From an uncultured Trueperaceae bacterium (GTDB lineage: Bacteria > Deinococcota > Deinococci > Deinococcales > Trueperaceae), in contig CAVSGP010000009.1 of the NCBI GenBank assembly GCA_963727505.1, forward strand, positions 160,001 to 224,000: a DNA stretch of 64,000 bases, read 5' to 3'. Under the pieces are notes generated by a model. It was not told the origin of the DNA and did no database searches. It saw nothing but the letters and a program-made list of their open reading frames with translations. This document shows, piece by piece, positions 56,074-64,000 of this stretch. Numbering within the stretch: the first letter of the stretch is position 1; the number at the start of each line of letters is the position of its first letter. The position numbers were made by a program, and so were the translations under genes.

Positions 56074-56685
56074 ATGCTAGCGCACGCCTTTGGTGGAGGC
56101 TGGATCGAGCTGATCGTCGGCCCCATGTTCAGCGGTAAGTCCGAGGAGCTCATCCGGCGCGTCAACCGCGCGCTCATCGCCAGGCAACGGGTCCAGGTGT
56201 TCAAGCCCGCGATCGACGATCGTTACGTGCCGGAGGCGGTTGCCTCGCACGACGGTCGCTCCCTGAAGGCGATCCCGGTCGACGACACCGCCGGCGTCCG
56301 GCATTTGCTCGCCGACGAGACGCAGGTGGTGGCGGTGGACGAGGGCCAGTTCTTCGACGACGCGCTGGTGGGGCTGGCGCTCGAGCTCGCCGATGCCGGC
56401 AAGCGCGTCATCGTGGCCGGGCTCGACCTCGACTTCCGGGCAGAGCCGTTCGGCCCCATGCCTACCCTGCTGGCGCAGGCCGAGGTGGTGGAGAAGCTGA
56501 CGGCGATCTGCTCGTGCGGACGCGCCGCGACGCGCACGCAGCGTCTCATCGGCGGGCGCCCGGCCCACTACGACGATCCGGTCATCCTGGTGGGGGCGTC
56601 GGAGCGATACGAACCGCGCTGCCGCAGCTGCCACGTCGTTCTCAAGGAAGCGCGCGACACCCCGCTGTTCGACCTGGCATCGTAG
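56074..56685 (+). CDS. tdk: Thymidine kinase
   Basis: 'GPMFSGKS', 'FKP.ID.RY', 'DEGQF', 'GLDLDFR.EPF', 'AICSCG', 'YEPRCRSC'. Confidence 0.97.
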   Translation: MLAHAFGGGWIELIVGPMFSGKSEELIRRVNRALIARQRVQVFKPAIDDRYVPEAVASHDGRSLKAIPVDDTAGVRHLLADETQVVAVDEGQFFDDALVGLALELADAGKRVIVAGLDLDFRAEPFGPMPTLLAQAEVVEKLTAICSCGRAATRTQRLIGGRPAHYDDPVILVGASERYEPRCRSCHVVLKEARDTPLFDLAS

Positions 56686-56688
56686 CGC

Positions 56689-57981
56689 TCAGGGCTGGAT
56701 GCGGCTGCCGTCGCGGGGGAAGGCGCGCGCGAAGCGGACGTTGGGGATGCCCAGCAGCAGGGCCGTGAGGCGCTCGGCGCCGGCCGCGAAGCCGCCGTGG
56801 GGCGGCATGCCGTGGCGGAACACGTCGAGGTAGCCGCGGAAGGCTTCCGGGTCCATGTGCCGCTTCTCCAGCTCTCCGAGCAGCATGGCGTGCTCGTGCA
56901 CGCGCTGCCCTCCGGAGGTGATCTCCACGCCGCGGAACAGCAGGTCGACGCCGCGCGTCAGCTCGCTGTCGGGCTCGGGGTAGGTGTAGAAGGGGCGCGC
57001 CGCCTGCGGGAACTTGGTGACGAAGACGAAGTCGCTGCCGTGCTCCTCGCGCGCCCAGCGGCCCAGCAGGCGCTCGGCCTCGGGGTCGAGGTCCTTCCCC
57101 CCGGTGCGGTGACCGTAGCGCTCGGCCACGAGCTCGCGGGCCTCGAGGAGGGGGATGCGCGGGATGGCCGGGTCCAGCGGGGGCGCCGCCGCCTCCATGA
57201 GCTCGAGCTGGGGAGCGCAGCGCTCGGCCACGCGCGCCATCATCGCCTTGAACAGACCCTCCTGCAGGTCCATCACCTCTCCCTCGTCCCGGATGAAGCC
57301 GAACTCCACGTCGAGCGACAGGTACTCCGCCAGGTGCCGGGTGGTGTGGCTGGGTTCGGCGCGGAACACCGGGGCGACCTCGTAGACACGTTCGTACACC
57401 GCGACCATGATCTGCTTGTAGAGCTGCGGCGATTGCGCCAGGTAGGCGCGCTTGCCGTAGTAATCGACCTCGAAGAGGTTGGCGCCGCTCTCGGCGCCCG
57501 CCGCCACCAGCTTGGGGGTGAAGATCTCGGTGAAGTCGCGGGCATCGAGGTAGGCGCGGAAGGCGCTCACCAGCTCGGCCTGCACCTTCAGCGCCGCCTG
57601 CGCCTTGAGCCCGCGGACGGTCATGTGGCGGTACTCCAGGAGGGTCTCGGGGTTGGCGTGCCACTCCTCCTTGGAGATCTCCACCGGGGGCGGGGTCAAC
57701 GCGCGGCTCAAGACCTCGAGCTCGCTCGCTTGCACCTCCACGCCGCCGGGCGCACGGTCGTTGGCGACCACGCTGCCGCGCACGCGCACGCAGCTCTCGT
57801 GCAACGGGAGCTCGGTGTGCTTGAACACGCACTGCGCCAGGCCGCTCCGGTCGCGCAGCAGCAGGAACTGGATGCCGCCCAGATCACGTCGGTTGTGCAC
57901 CCAGCCCTGCAGGGTCACGGTCTCGCCCACCTGGGTCGGCAGCGCGCGTGTGAGCGTACGCTCGTCGGTCAAGGTCTCCAT
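56689..57981 (-). CDS. aspS: Non-discriminating (archaeal-type) aspartyl-tRNA synthetase
   Basis: OB-fold 'GWVH.RRDLGG..F..LRDRSG', 'LAQSPQLYKQ', 'FRAE...RHL.EY', 'EITSGGQR', 'GMPPHGG..GAER'; ~430 aa with no GAD insert. Confidence 0.93.
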   Translation of the reverse strand: METLTDERTLTRALPTQVGETVTLQGWVHNRRDLGGIQFLLLRDRSGLAQCVFKHTELPLHESCVRVRGSVVANDRAPGGVEVQASELEVLSRALTPPPVEISKEEWHANPETLLEYRHMTVRGLKAQAALKVQAELVSAFRAYLDARDFTEIFTPKLVAAGAESGANLFEVDYYGKRAYLAQSPQLYKQIMVAVYERVYEVAPVFRAEPSHTTRHLAEYLSLDVEFGFIRDEGEVMDLQEGLFKAMMARVAERCAPQLELMEAAAPPLDPAIPRIPLLEARELVAERYGHRTGGKDLDPEAERLLGRWAREEHGSDFVFVTKFPQAARPFYTYPEPDSELTRGVDLLFRGVEITSGGQRVHEHAMLLGELEKRHMDPEAFRGYLDVFRHGMPPHGGFAAGAERLTALLLGIPNVRFARAFPRDGSRIQP

Positions 57982-57994
57982 CCTACGCTCCTCC

Positions 57995-58027
57995 AAGAAA
58001 AACACCCCGAGGGGAACCTCGGGGTGT
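57995..58027 (-). terminator. Attenuator terminator in the aspS leader
   Basis: ACACCCCGAGG-ttcc-CCTCGGGGTGT-TTTTCTT just upstream of the aspS RBS. Confidence 0.85.
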
Positions 58028-58047
58028 CCAATGGGCCGAACCGCGGC

Positions 58048-58110
58048 CTACGCCCCGAGCCACCTCGCGGGGGAATTGTCGTCAACCAGAAGGTTCCGGG
58101 GCGCACACAT
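58048..58110 (-). CDS. Putative aspS leader peptide MCAPRNLLVDDNSPARWLGA
   Basis: 20 codons with an N...DDN cluster, between the promoter and the terminator. Confidence 0.65.
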   Translation of the reverse strand: MCAPRNLLVDDNSPARWLGA

Positions 58111-58120
58111 CTTGGGCGGT

Positions 58121-58149
58121 AATCTAGCAGGCGTCCGCGGGCGTGTCAA
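58121..58149 (-). promoter_or_regulatory. sigma70 promoter of the aspS leader
   Basis: TTGACA-17 nt-TAGATT. Confidence 0.85.
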
Positions 58150-58208
58150 CGGTGGGAGCGTCGGGACGCGCCGGCCCGGCTGCGGACGGCCGCGCCTGGG
58201 ATGAAGCG

Positions 58209-58598
58209 TTAGCCCAGCATCGCGCGCAGCAGCGCCACGTGCTCGCGGTCCTGGGGCCGGTCGAGGCGCTCCTTGAAAGCGAGCAGCGAACGCAGGTCGA
58301 CGCAGGGCCAGCCGTCCACCTGCTCGGCGGTGTCGATCAGGGCGTCGACGTCGTCACCCAGCCAGCCTCCCCAGATCTCGACCTCGGGCTCGGGTCGGAC
58401 CACCGGGTCGCGCAGCCCGCGCTCCGGCGCAGCCATCGTGCAGGCGACGCGCCAGGCTTCGCCTCGCGCCAGCACGTCGAGGTCGCGGGCCCCGCCGATC
58501 AACCCGCGGAGCAACAACGCGCCGCTACCGTGCACGACGTAGGCCCCTTCCGGGAGTGCCAGCGTCGCGAGCTTCGCGGCAGCCTCCTCGCGCGTCAT
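58209..58598 (-). CDS. Small nucleotidyltransferase-fold hypothetical protein
   Basis: 'VHGSGAL...G....DLDV' and C-terminal 'K..L.RPQD..H'. Confidence 0.6.
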   Translation of the reverse strand: MTREEAAAKLATLALPEGAYVVHGSGALLLRGLIGGARDLDVLARGEAWRVACTMAAPERGLRDPVVRPEPEVEIWGGWLGDDVDALIDTAEQVDGWPCVDLRSLLAFKERLDRPQDREHVALLRAMLG

Positions 58599-58608
58599 CC
58601 GCGCGTCC

Positions 58609-59043
58609 TCAAGCGTCCGTCAGCGCGGCCGCCACGAACACAGCCCGTACCAGTGGAGCGAGCGTGCTGGTAGCCGCGAATTCATCGGGCGTCAACCAGG
58701 CGTGGGCATCGTGCTCGGCGGTGCGGACCACCTCGCCGGGCTCGGCGTCCGCGCGGTAGACCACCACCACCATGGGTTCACCGGCGCGACGCGCCTGATA
58801 GGCGGTGATGGGCCGGGAGCGCACCTGGACCTGCAGACCGCACTCCTCGCTGATCTCGCGCGCCACCGCCGCGGCGGGGTCCTCGCCCAGTTGCAGGCGG
58901 CCCGAGAGGGTCTCCCACAGCCCGGGCCCGGCGTCGCGCGTGGCGGAGCGGCGCATGGCCAGCACCCGGCCGTCGCGGAAGACCGCGGCGGCCACTGCGA
59001 CCACGAAGTGCTCGGTGATCTCGCCGTCGCTTCGTTGCCTCAC
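58609..59043 (-). CDS. NUDIX hydrolase
   Basis: Nudix box 'GRLQLGEDPAAAVAREISEECG', 'EHDAHAW'. Confidence 0.88.
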   Translation of the reverse strand: MRQRSDGEITEHFVVAVAAAVFRDGRVLAMRRSATRDAGPGLWETLSGRLQLGEDPAAAVAREISEECGLQVQVRSRPITAYQARRAGEPMVVVVYRADAEPGEVVRTAEHDAHAWLTPDEFAATSTLAPLVRAVFVAAALTDA

Positions 59044-59117
59044 CGCTGCCTCCCTTCCCGTGCCTCGCTCCCCAGGCTAGCCCCTCAGGGCGCTCGACGA
59101 AACGTGCGCCGCGCCGC

Positions 59118-59146
59118 TTGACGGTCATGCACCAACCTCCTAGACT
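59118..59146 (+). promoter_or_regulatory. sigma70 promoter
   Basis: TTGACG-17 nt-TAGACT upstream of the gene at 59217. Confidence 0.7.
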
Positions 59147-59216
59147 TCCCCGAACCGCTCTGCGCTGGTCCGTCGAGCGGGCTCTCCACGGGGACGCCCC
59201 CCGGGAAGGACCGATC

Positions 59217-59516
59217 ATGGTCAAGAAGCAGTTCGTGAAGACGCGCAACATCACGAAGGTGACCTTCGAGGTCGACGCCAACGTCGCGGCCGACGAAGTC
59301 CAGCTCATCGCCGATTTCACCCAGTGGCATCCCGTTGCCTTCGGTCGCCTCAAGAACGGGCGGTGGAAGCTCGTGCAGGAGATCGAACCTGGCCATAGCT
59401 ACCAGTACCGCTACCGTCTGGTCAAGAACGGCGCCGTCCTGTATCGCAACGAAGAGAGCGCCGACGGGCTCGTCGGGAACACGCTCGGTACCGAGAACGC
59501 GGTTCTGAAGGTCTGA
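59217..59516 (+). CDS. Stand-alone glycogen-binding (CBM48 / isoamylase early-set) protein
   Basis: 'KVTF', 'V.LIADFTQW', 'LKNG.W', 'YQYRY', 'N...ADG...N..G.EN'. Confidence 0.85.
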   Translation: MVKKQFVKTRNITKVTFEVDANVAADEVQLIADFTQWHPVAFGRLKNGRWKLVQEIEPGHSYQYRYRLVKNGAVLYRNEESADGLVGNTLGTENAVLKV

Positions 59517-59541
59517 GCCCCCGCTCGCGCGCCCCGCGCGT

Positions 59542-60750
59542 TCAGATGTCGACGGCCTCGGCCGCCTCCACTCCGACGCGGTCCAGGGCACGCAGCACGT
59601 CCTCGAGCAGGTCGTCGCCGTCCTCGATGCCGATCGACAGGCGCACCAGCCCGTCGCCGATGCCCTGCCGTGCGCGCACGTCGGGGTCCAGCAGTTGGTG
59701 GGTGGTGCTGGCCGGGTGGGTCGCCAGGGATTCGACGTCGCCCAGCGAAACGGCCTGGGCGAAGAGGGTGAGCTCGTCCAGGAAGAGTTCCGCGGCGCGC
59801 GCGCCGCCGCGCAGCTCGAGCGCCAGCATGCCGCCGAAGCGCGCCATCTGACGGGCGGCCAGCGCGTGGCCTGGGTGATCCTCGAAGCCGGGGAAGTGTA
59901 CGGCGGCCACCGCGGGATGGCTGCGCACACCGTGCGCGACCTTCTCGGCGTTGTCGCAGTGGCGCTCCATGCGCACCGCCAGCGTCTTGCAGCCGCGGAG
60001 GAGCAGGAAGCTCTCGAACGCCCCGAGAACGGAGCCGACATGGCGCAGGCCGTGGCTACGCAACTCCGCCATCAGCTCCGTCGGGCCCGCCACCACCCCG
60101 GCGACCAGGTCGCCGTGCCCACCGAGGTACTTGGTGGCCGAGTGGACCACCACGTCGATGCCGTGTTCGATCGGGCGCGTCAGGTAGGGGGTGCTGAAGG
60201 TGTTGTCGGCCACGGTGAGGATCCCCTTGCCGCGCGCCATGGCGGACACGTGGCCGAGATCGTGCAGCCCGAGGGTGGGATTGGTGGGGGTCTCGAGGTA
60301 GATCATGCGCGTCGAGGAGCCGATGGCTTCGGGAAGCTCGGCGTCGTCCACGTACCGGTGGTGCACGCCGTAGGGCTCCAACACGTCGCGCAGCAGCCCC
60401 TCGGTGCCGCCGTAGAGCGGGCCGAGCGCCAGCACCTCGTCGCCCGGCCGGAGCACGGTGAGCAGCAGCGCGCTGATGGCCCCCATGCCGGACGCGAACG
60501 CGACGGCGTCCTCGGTGCCCTCGAGCGAGGCGAGCTTCTCCTCGAACGCGCGTGTGGTGGGGTTGCCGATGCGGCTGTAGACGTACCCCTCGGCTTCGCC
60601 CGCGAACAGGGCTGCGCCGTGGGCGTAGGTGCCGTAGCTGAAGGTGGAGGTCTGGTAGATGGGGGTCGCGTGGGCGCCGGTTCCGGGGTCGGGGTGCTGG
60701 CCCTGGTGGACCGCGCGTGTCGCGAAGCGATGACGCCGTTCACTGCTCAT
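59542..60750 (-). CDS. Methionine gamma-lyase / trans-sulfuration family PLP enzyme
   Basis: 'PIYQTSTF', 'YSRIGNPT', 'ETPTNPT', 'SATKYLGGHGD', 'AVSLGDVESL..HPASTTH'. Confidence 0.88.
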   Translation of the reverse strand: MSSERRHRFATRAVHQGQHPDPGTGAHATPIYQTSTFSYGTYAHGAALFAGEAEGYVYSRIGNPTTRAFEEKLASLEGTEDAVAFASGMGAISALLLTVLRPGDEVLALGPLYGGTEGLLRDVLEPYGVHHRYVDDAELPEAIGSSTRMIYLETPTNPTLGLHDLGHVSAMARGKGILTVADNTFSTPYLTRPIEHGIDVVVHSATKYLGGHGDLVAGVVAGPTELMAELRSHGLRHVGSVLGAFESFLLLRGCKTLAVRMERHCDNAEKVAHGVRSHPAVAAVHFPGFEDHPGHALAARQMARFGGMLALELRGGARAAELFLDELTLFAQAVSLGDVESLATHPASTTHQLLDPDVRARQGIGDGLVRLSIGIEDGDDLLEDVLRALDRVGVEAAEAVDI

Positions 60751-60859
60751 GGATGCGCTCCTTGCCCCATTGAAGCAGATGGCGCGCGGGTGGCGCGGCG
60801 TTGTCCGGCGCCGTGCGACACCGATCCGCGGCGCCGGCCGGCGCCGGGTCGCGTGCCCG

Positions 60860-62572
60860 TCAGCGTGCTTCGAGCCAGAGGGTCTGGCGGGGTTCGAGCG
60901 CCAGCGCCTCGGACGGCTCGAGGGTCCCGCCCGCGAGAAGATCGCGACCGCGCCGCGGCCGCGCTGCCGCGGGCACGGCGACGGGGCGGTCGGACAGGTT
61001 GTGCAGACACCACACGCTCCGGCCCGCTGCTTCGCGCCGCACGCCGAACACGCCCGCTTCGGTCGGGAGGATCGCCTGCGCCGCCCGGGGCGCGAAGGCC
61101 GGATGAGTGCGCCGGACTTCCAGCAGCGTTCGTAGGGCCGCCAGGACCCGGGCACGGCGCCCTTGCGGGTCGGCGAGCTCGGTGCTGAGCCGGTCCAGTT
61201 CGAGCTTCTCGCGGTTGATGCTGCGCGCCCGGCCGGTGCGCGCGACCTCCTCGGGCGCACCGCTCGAGCCGAGCAGGCTGTGGGCGTACACCCCGGGAAC
61301 GCCGGCGAGCGCCAGCATGGCGGCGTGGACCGTAGCGAAGCGCTGCACGCTGGCAGCGAGCGCTTCGCCGGGGGGCGTGAGGGCGTCGAAGAGGTTGACG
61401 TTGAGCTCGTAGGGCCGTTCCCCGCTCGCCGTCGCGCGGCTCGACACGCGCCCCCCACGCTCCTGCACCGCGGTGACCATCGCATCCAGCGCGGTGTCGT
61501 CGAGGATCCCCTCCACGGCGCGGAGGCCGATGCCGTCGTGCGAGGCCAGGAAGTTGAAGAAGCAGGTTGCTTCGGAGGGGGTCGCGAGCCCGGCCGCCCA
61601 GCTCCGCAGCGTCGCGGCGTCCCCGGACAGCACGCTGTGCAGCACGAGCGGCGGCAGCGCGAAGTTGTAGACCATCTGCGCCTCGTCGTGGCCGTCGCCG
61701 AAGTACCCGACGTTCTCGCGGTGAGGGACGTTCGTCTCGGTCAGCACCACGACCCAGGGGGCGGCCGCCTCCAGCAGGCCGCGCAAGACCTTGAGCACGG
61801 CGTGCGTCTGCGGGAGGCTGGCGCACGTCGTGCCCGGCTCCTTCCACAGGTAGGTGACGGCGTCGAGGCGGAGCAACCGCGCGCCGCGCGCCACGTAGTG
61901 CAGGAGCACCCTGGCGACCTCGAGGAGCACCTCCGGTGTGTGGTAGTCGAGGTCCACCTGGTCGGCGCTGAAGGTCGTCCAGAGGTCGTGGCGCAGCCCG
62001 CTTGCATCGTCGAAAGGGGTGGCCAGCGACGTCGTGCGGGGCCGCACCACGGTGCTCAGATCCATGTCCGGCGTGATCTCCAGGAAGAAGCCGGCGAACC
62101 GCGGATCGCCCGCGAGGAACCCCTGCAGGTAGGCGCTCCGAGCAGACACGTGGTTGATGACGGCGTCGAACATCAGCCGGTGGCTGCGCGCCAGGGCGGC
62201 GATCTCCTCCCAGCCGCCGTGTGCCGGGTCGACGGCGTCGTAGTCCACCACGCTGAAGCCATCGTCGGACGACGACGGGCAGAACGGTAACAGGTGCACG
62301 CCCGACACGGTTCCGGCGAGCGGCCCGTGCAGCAGTCGTCCCAGGGTGCGCAGAGGCGCCTCGCCGGCGGCGTGCACCTGATCGGGGTAGGAGATGAGGA
62401 GCACGTCGTCCTCGCTCAGGCGCGCTTCCGGAGGCGTCGCGCGACGCGGATGGGCGGCACGGAAGGCGTCGGCTTCGCCCTCGAGCAGCACGGCCAGGCC
62501 AGCCCCCCGCTCCTCGCCGTAGAGCGCGCGAAGATGGCGGTGCACGGCCGGCCCGAGCGCCACCGCACTCAT
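60860..62572 (-). CDS. GH13_18 sugar phosphorylase, probably glucosylglycerate phosphorylase
   Basis: 'HLLPF.P.SSDDGFSV', 'DAVINH', 'WTTFSADQ', 'RLDAV', 'TETNVPH', 'FLASHDGIG', 'PYELN'. Confidence 0.85.
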   Translation of the reverse strand: MSAVALGPAVHRHLRALYGEERGAGLAVLLEGEADAFRAAHPRRATPPEARLSEDDVLLISYPDQVHAAGEAPLRTLGRLLHGPLAGTVSGVHLLPFCPSSSDDGFSVVDYDAVDPAHGGWEEIAALARSHRLMFDAVINHVSARSAYLQGFLAGDPRFAGFFLEITPDMDLSTVVRPRTTSLATPFDDASGLRHDLWTTFSADQVDLDYHTPEVLLEVARVLLHYVARGARLLRLDAVTYLWKEPGTTCASLPQTHAVLKVLRGLLEAAAPWVVVLTETNVPHRENVGYFGDGHDEAQMVYNFALPPLVLHSVLSGDAATLRSWAAGLATPSEATCFFNFLASHDGIGLRAVEGILDDTALDAMVTAVQERGGRVSSRATASGERPYELNVNLFDALTPPGEALAASVQRFATVHAAMLALAGVPGVYAHSLLGSSGAPEEVARTGRARSINREKLELDRLSTELADPQGRRARVLAALRTLLEVRRTHPAFAPRAAQAILPTEAGVFGVRREAAGRSVWCLHNLSDRPVAVPAAARPRRGRDLLAGGTLEPSEALALEPRQTLWLEAR

Positions 62573-63825
62573 GCCGCCACGCCCAGTCGCACCAGGGCCT
62601 CATCGACGATCCGTTGCAGGGTGTCGAGCCCGTAGTGGCGGCGCGCGAGCGCCAGATTGTGCTCGGTCATGGCCCGTACGGCGTCGCCGTTCTCGAGCAG
62701 CTCCCGCACCCGACGGACCGCGTCGGTGGTGACCTCGCCGTCGATCTCCACGAAGCGGAACCCCTTGGGTGCGATATCCGCGACGTAGACGGGGAAGCGG
62801 TTGACAAGGGCCGGGCGTCGGAACGCCACGGTCTCGAGAAGTGCGTTGCCGAAGCCCTCGTAGAGGCTGGGATAGGTCACGAAGTCGGCGTGCAGATAGG
62901 CATCGCCCAGGGCGTAACGCTTGCGTCCGTCCGGGCCGTTGCCGCGCGCGTCTCCGATCCGGTCCCCCAGCGTGCGCAGATCGACGCCGCGTTCGCGTGC
63001 GTAGCCGCACAGGCGGTCCAGATACGCGAGTCCCTCGTCGCCCGCGGCGTGGCTGATCAGCAGCACGTTGCGGGGATCGTCGAGCCCCGCCAGCAGGTCG
63101 ACCGCCAGCTCGATACCCTTGCGTGGCACCACCCGTGTCGGTTGCAGGAAGAGGCGCTGCTCCGGCTCCAGCCCGGCGGCCCGGCGGAAGTCGGCGCCGT
63201 AGGCGTCGACGCTCTCGGGCGAGGCGTCGAAGTCCATGACGTTGGGCAGGAGCAGGGCGTCGATGCCCCGCCTAGCCAGCAGCTCCCGCCGCGCGGGACC
63301 GTTGATGCTCAGGTGCACCACGCGCTCGCTGTGGTACGGGAAGTAGCGCTCGAGGAACGCCGGCACGCGGCACGCGGAGAAGCGCTCGCGCTCCCAGGCG
63401 TAGTCGTGCTCGTGCGACAGCACAGGGAGGCCGGTGTCTTCGACCAGCAGGGCGAGGGCTCGGGCCAGGGGGAGTTGCATGGGGATGGCCCAGGCGTTCT
63501 GGACGATCAGCAGCTCGGGTCGAACGTCGTACGCCACCGCCAGGAGTTGCTCCTCGAGCATGCGGGCCCGCTCTTCCAGGCGCTCGGGAAGCTCCGGGTC
63601 GGGTGGGCGCCCGCCGAAGGCGCGCTCGCCCAGCTCCACGGCAACGGCGTCCCGGAAATGCATCGCGGGAATGCAGAGCGCGCCGGGACGCTCGACCTCG
63701 CCGGCGCACTCGATCGTCTCGATCCCTCGCTCGGCCAGCGCCCCCGCCAGCTTGACGGCCTCCAGGCTGACGCCGTCGGTTCCGGACAGCCGGGTGGCGA
63801 GCATCAACGCGCGTCGCACGGACAC
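62569..63825 (-). CDS. GT4 glycosyltransferase, MggS (mannosylglucosylglycerate synthase)-like
   Basis: 'TRLSGTDGVSLE', 'HDY.WERERF', 'PNVMDF', 'QPTRVVPRKGIE', 'YPSLYEGFGNA'; GTG after GGAGG. Confidence 0.8.
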   Translation of the reverse strand: MSVRRALMLATRLSGTDGVSLEAVKLAGALAERGIETIECAGEVERPGALCIPAMHFRDAVAVELGERAFGGRPPDPELPERLEERARMLEEQLLAVAYDVRPELLIVQNAWAIPMQLPLARALALLVEDTGLPVLSHEHDYAWERERFSACRVPAFLERYFPYHSERVVHLSINGPARRELLARRGIDALLLPNVMDFDASPESVDAYGADFRRAAGLEPEQRLFLQPTRVVPRKGIELAVDLLAGLDDPRNVLLISHAAGDEGLAYLDRLCGYARERGVDLRTLGDRIGDARGNGPDGRKRYALGDAYLHADFVTYPSLYEGFGNALLETVAFRRPALVNRFPVYVADIAPKGFRFVEIDGEVTTDAVRRVRELLENGDAVRAMTEHNLALARRHYGLDTLQRIVDEALVRLGVAA

Positions 63826-63835
63826 CGCTCCCTCC

Positions 63836-64000
63836 TCATCGCCCCAACGGGAGCGGCTCGAGCATCTCCAGGCCCAGCCCCATCGCGACCAGGGCGGCAT
63901 CCCAGTTCCACTGGTGCGGAACCTGGTGGAGCCCGGGTTTGACGAGGTCGCCGACGTCGTTGGTGGTGAGGGTGAGGCGAGCGCCTTCCAGGAAGCCCTG
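63836..64000 (-). pseudogene. End of an ORF carrying the N-terminal motif of GH63 mannosyl/glucosylglycerate hydrolases, then an early stop
   Basis: Reads ...ARLTLTTNDVGDLVKPGLHQVPHQWNWDAALVAMGLGLEMLEPLPLGR*; runs off the window edge. Confidence 0.6.

Noticed and set aside
58030..58110. T-box riboswitch before aspS (AGGTGGCTC resembles the T-box core)
   Set aside because: Leader is too short for stem I and lacks the UGGNACC consensus; the leader-peptide model fits better
58209..59043. Nucleotidyltransferase + NUDIX pair as a toxin-antitoxin or defence module
   Set aside because: No HEPN or other partner motif is recognisable; evidence is insufficient
59118..59146. TTGACGG as a fourth SARP box
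   Set aside because: Single heptamer at canonical 17-nt spacing to TAGACT, so an ordinary -35; the same applies to TTGACG at 26628

Overview
High-GC bacterial chromosomal DNA. The gene set (HslUV, futalosine MqnE/MqnA, archaeal-type non-discriminating AspRS, TCHKT bacilliredoxin) and pervasive leaderless '-10 then ATG' starts suggest Deinococcota, probably Truepera-like; this is inference and no database search was run. Most of the window is core metabolism: a peptide ABC importer, hisF/hisIE, glpX, murI-rph-rdgB, tRNA-Ser(GGA), sucAB-lpdA, mqnEA, glgX, hslVU, tdk, aspS and a glucosylglycerate-type cluster. The standout is a ~14.5 kb accessory block (41.5-56.0 kb) bracketed by two diverged copies of tdk with their promoters. 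It encodes a SARP/BTAD-TPR regulator, two membrane proteins, a catalytically dead transglutaminase-like exported protein with an internal prepilin-like motif, a ~1790-aa EPND-repeat/double-VWA exported protein and a CsgG-like lipoprotein. Three promoters in the block share one exact geometry (TTGACGG-N4-TTGACG[G/A]-N8-TA[C/G]GCT), which defines a candidate self-contained cell-surface regulon. Other signals missed by the ORF track are an Asp/Asn leader-peptide attenuator before aspS, an orphan near-consensus sigma70 promoter feeding a ~45-nt terminated RNA, an 8-2-8 operator for a QueA-like/SDR/two-component module, a CsoR-type operator, and several internally deleted gene relics.
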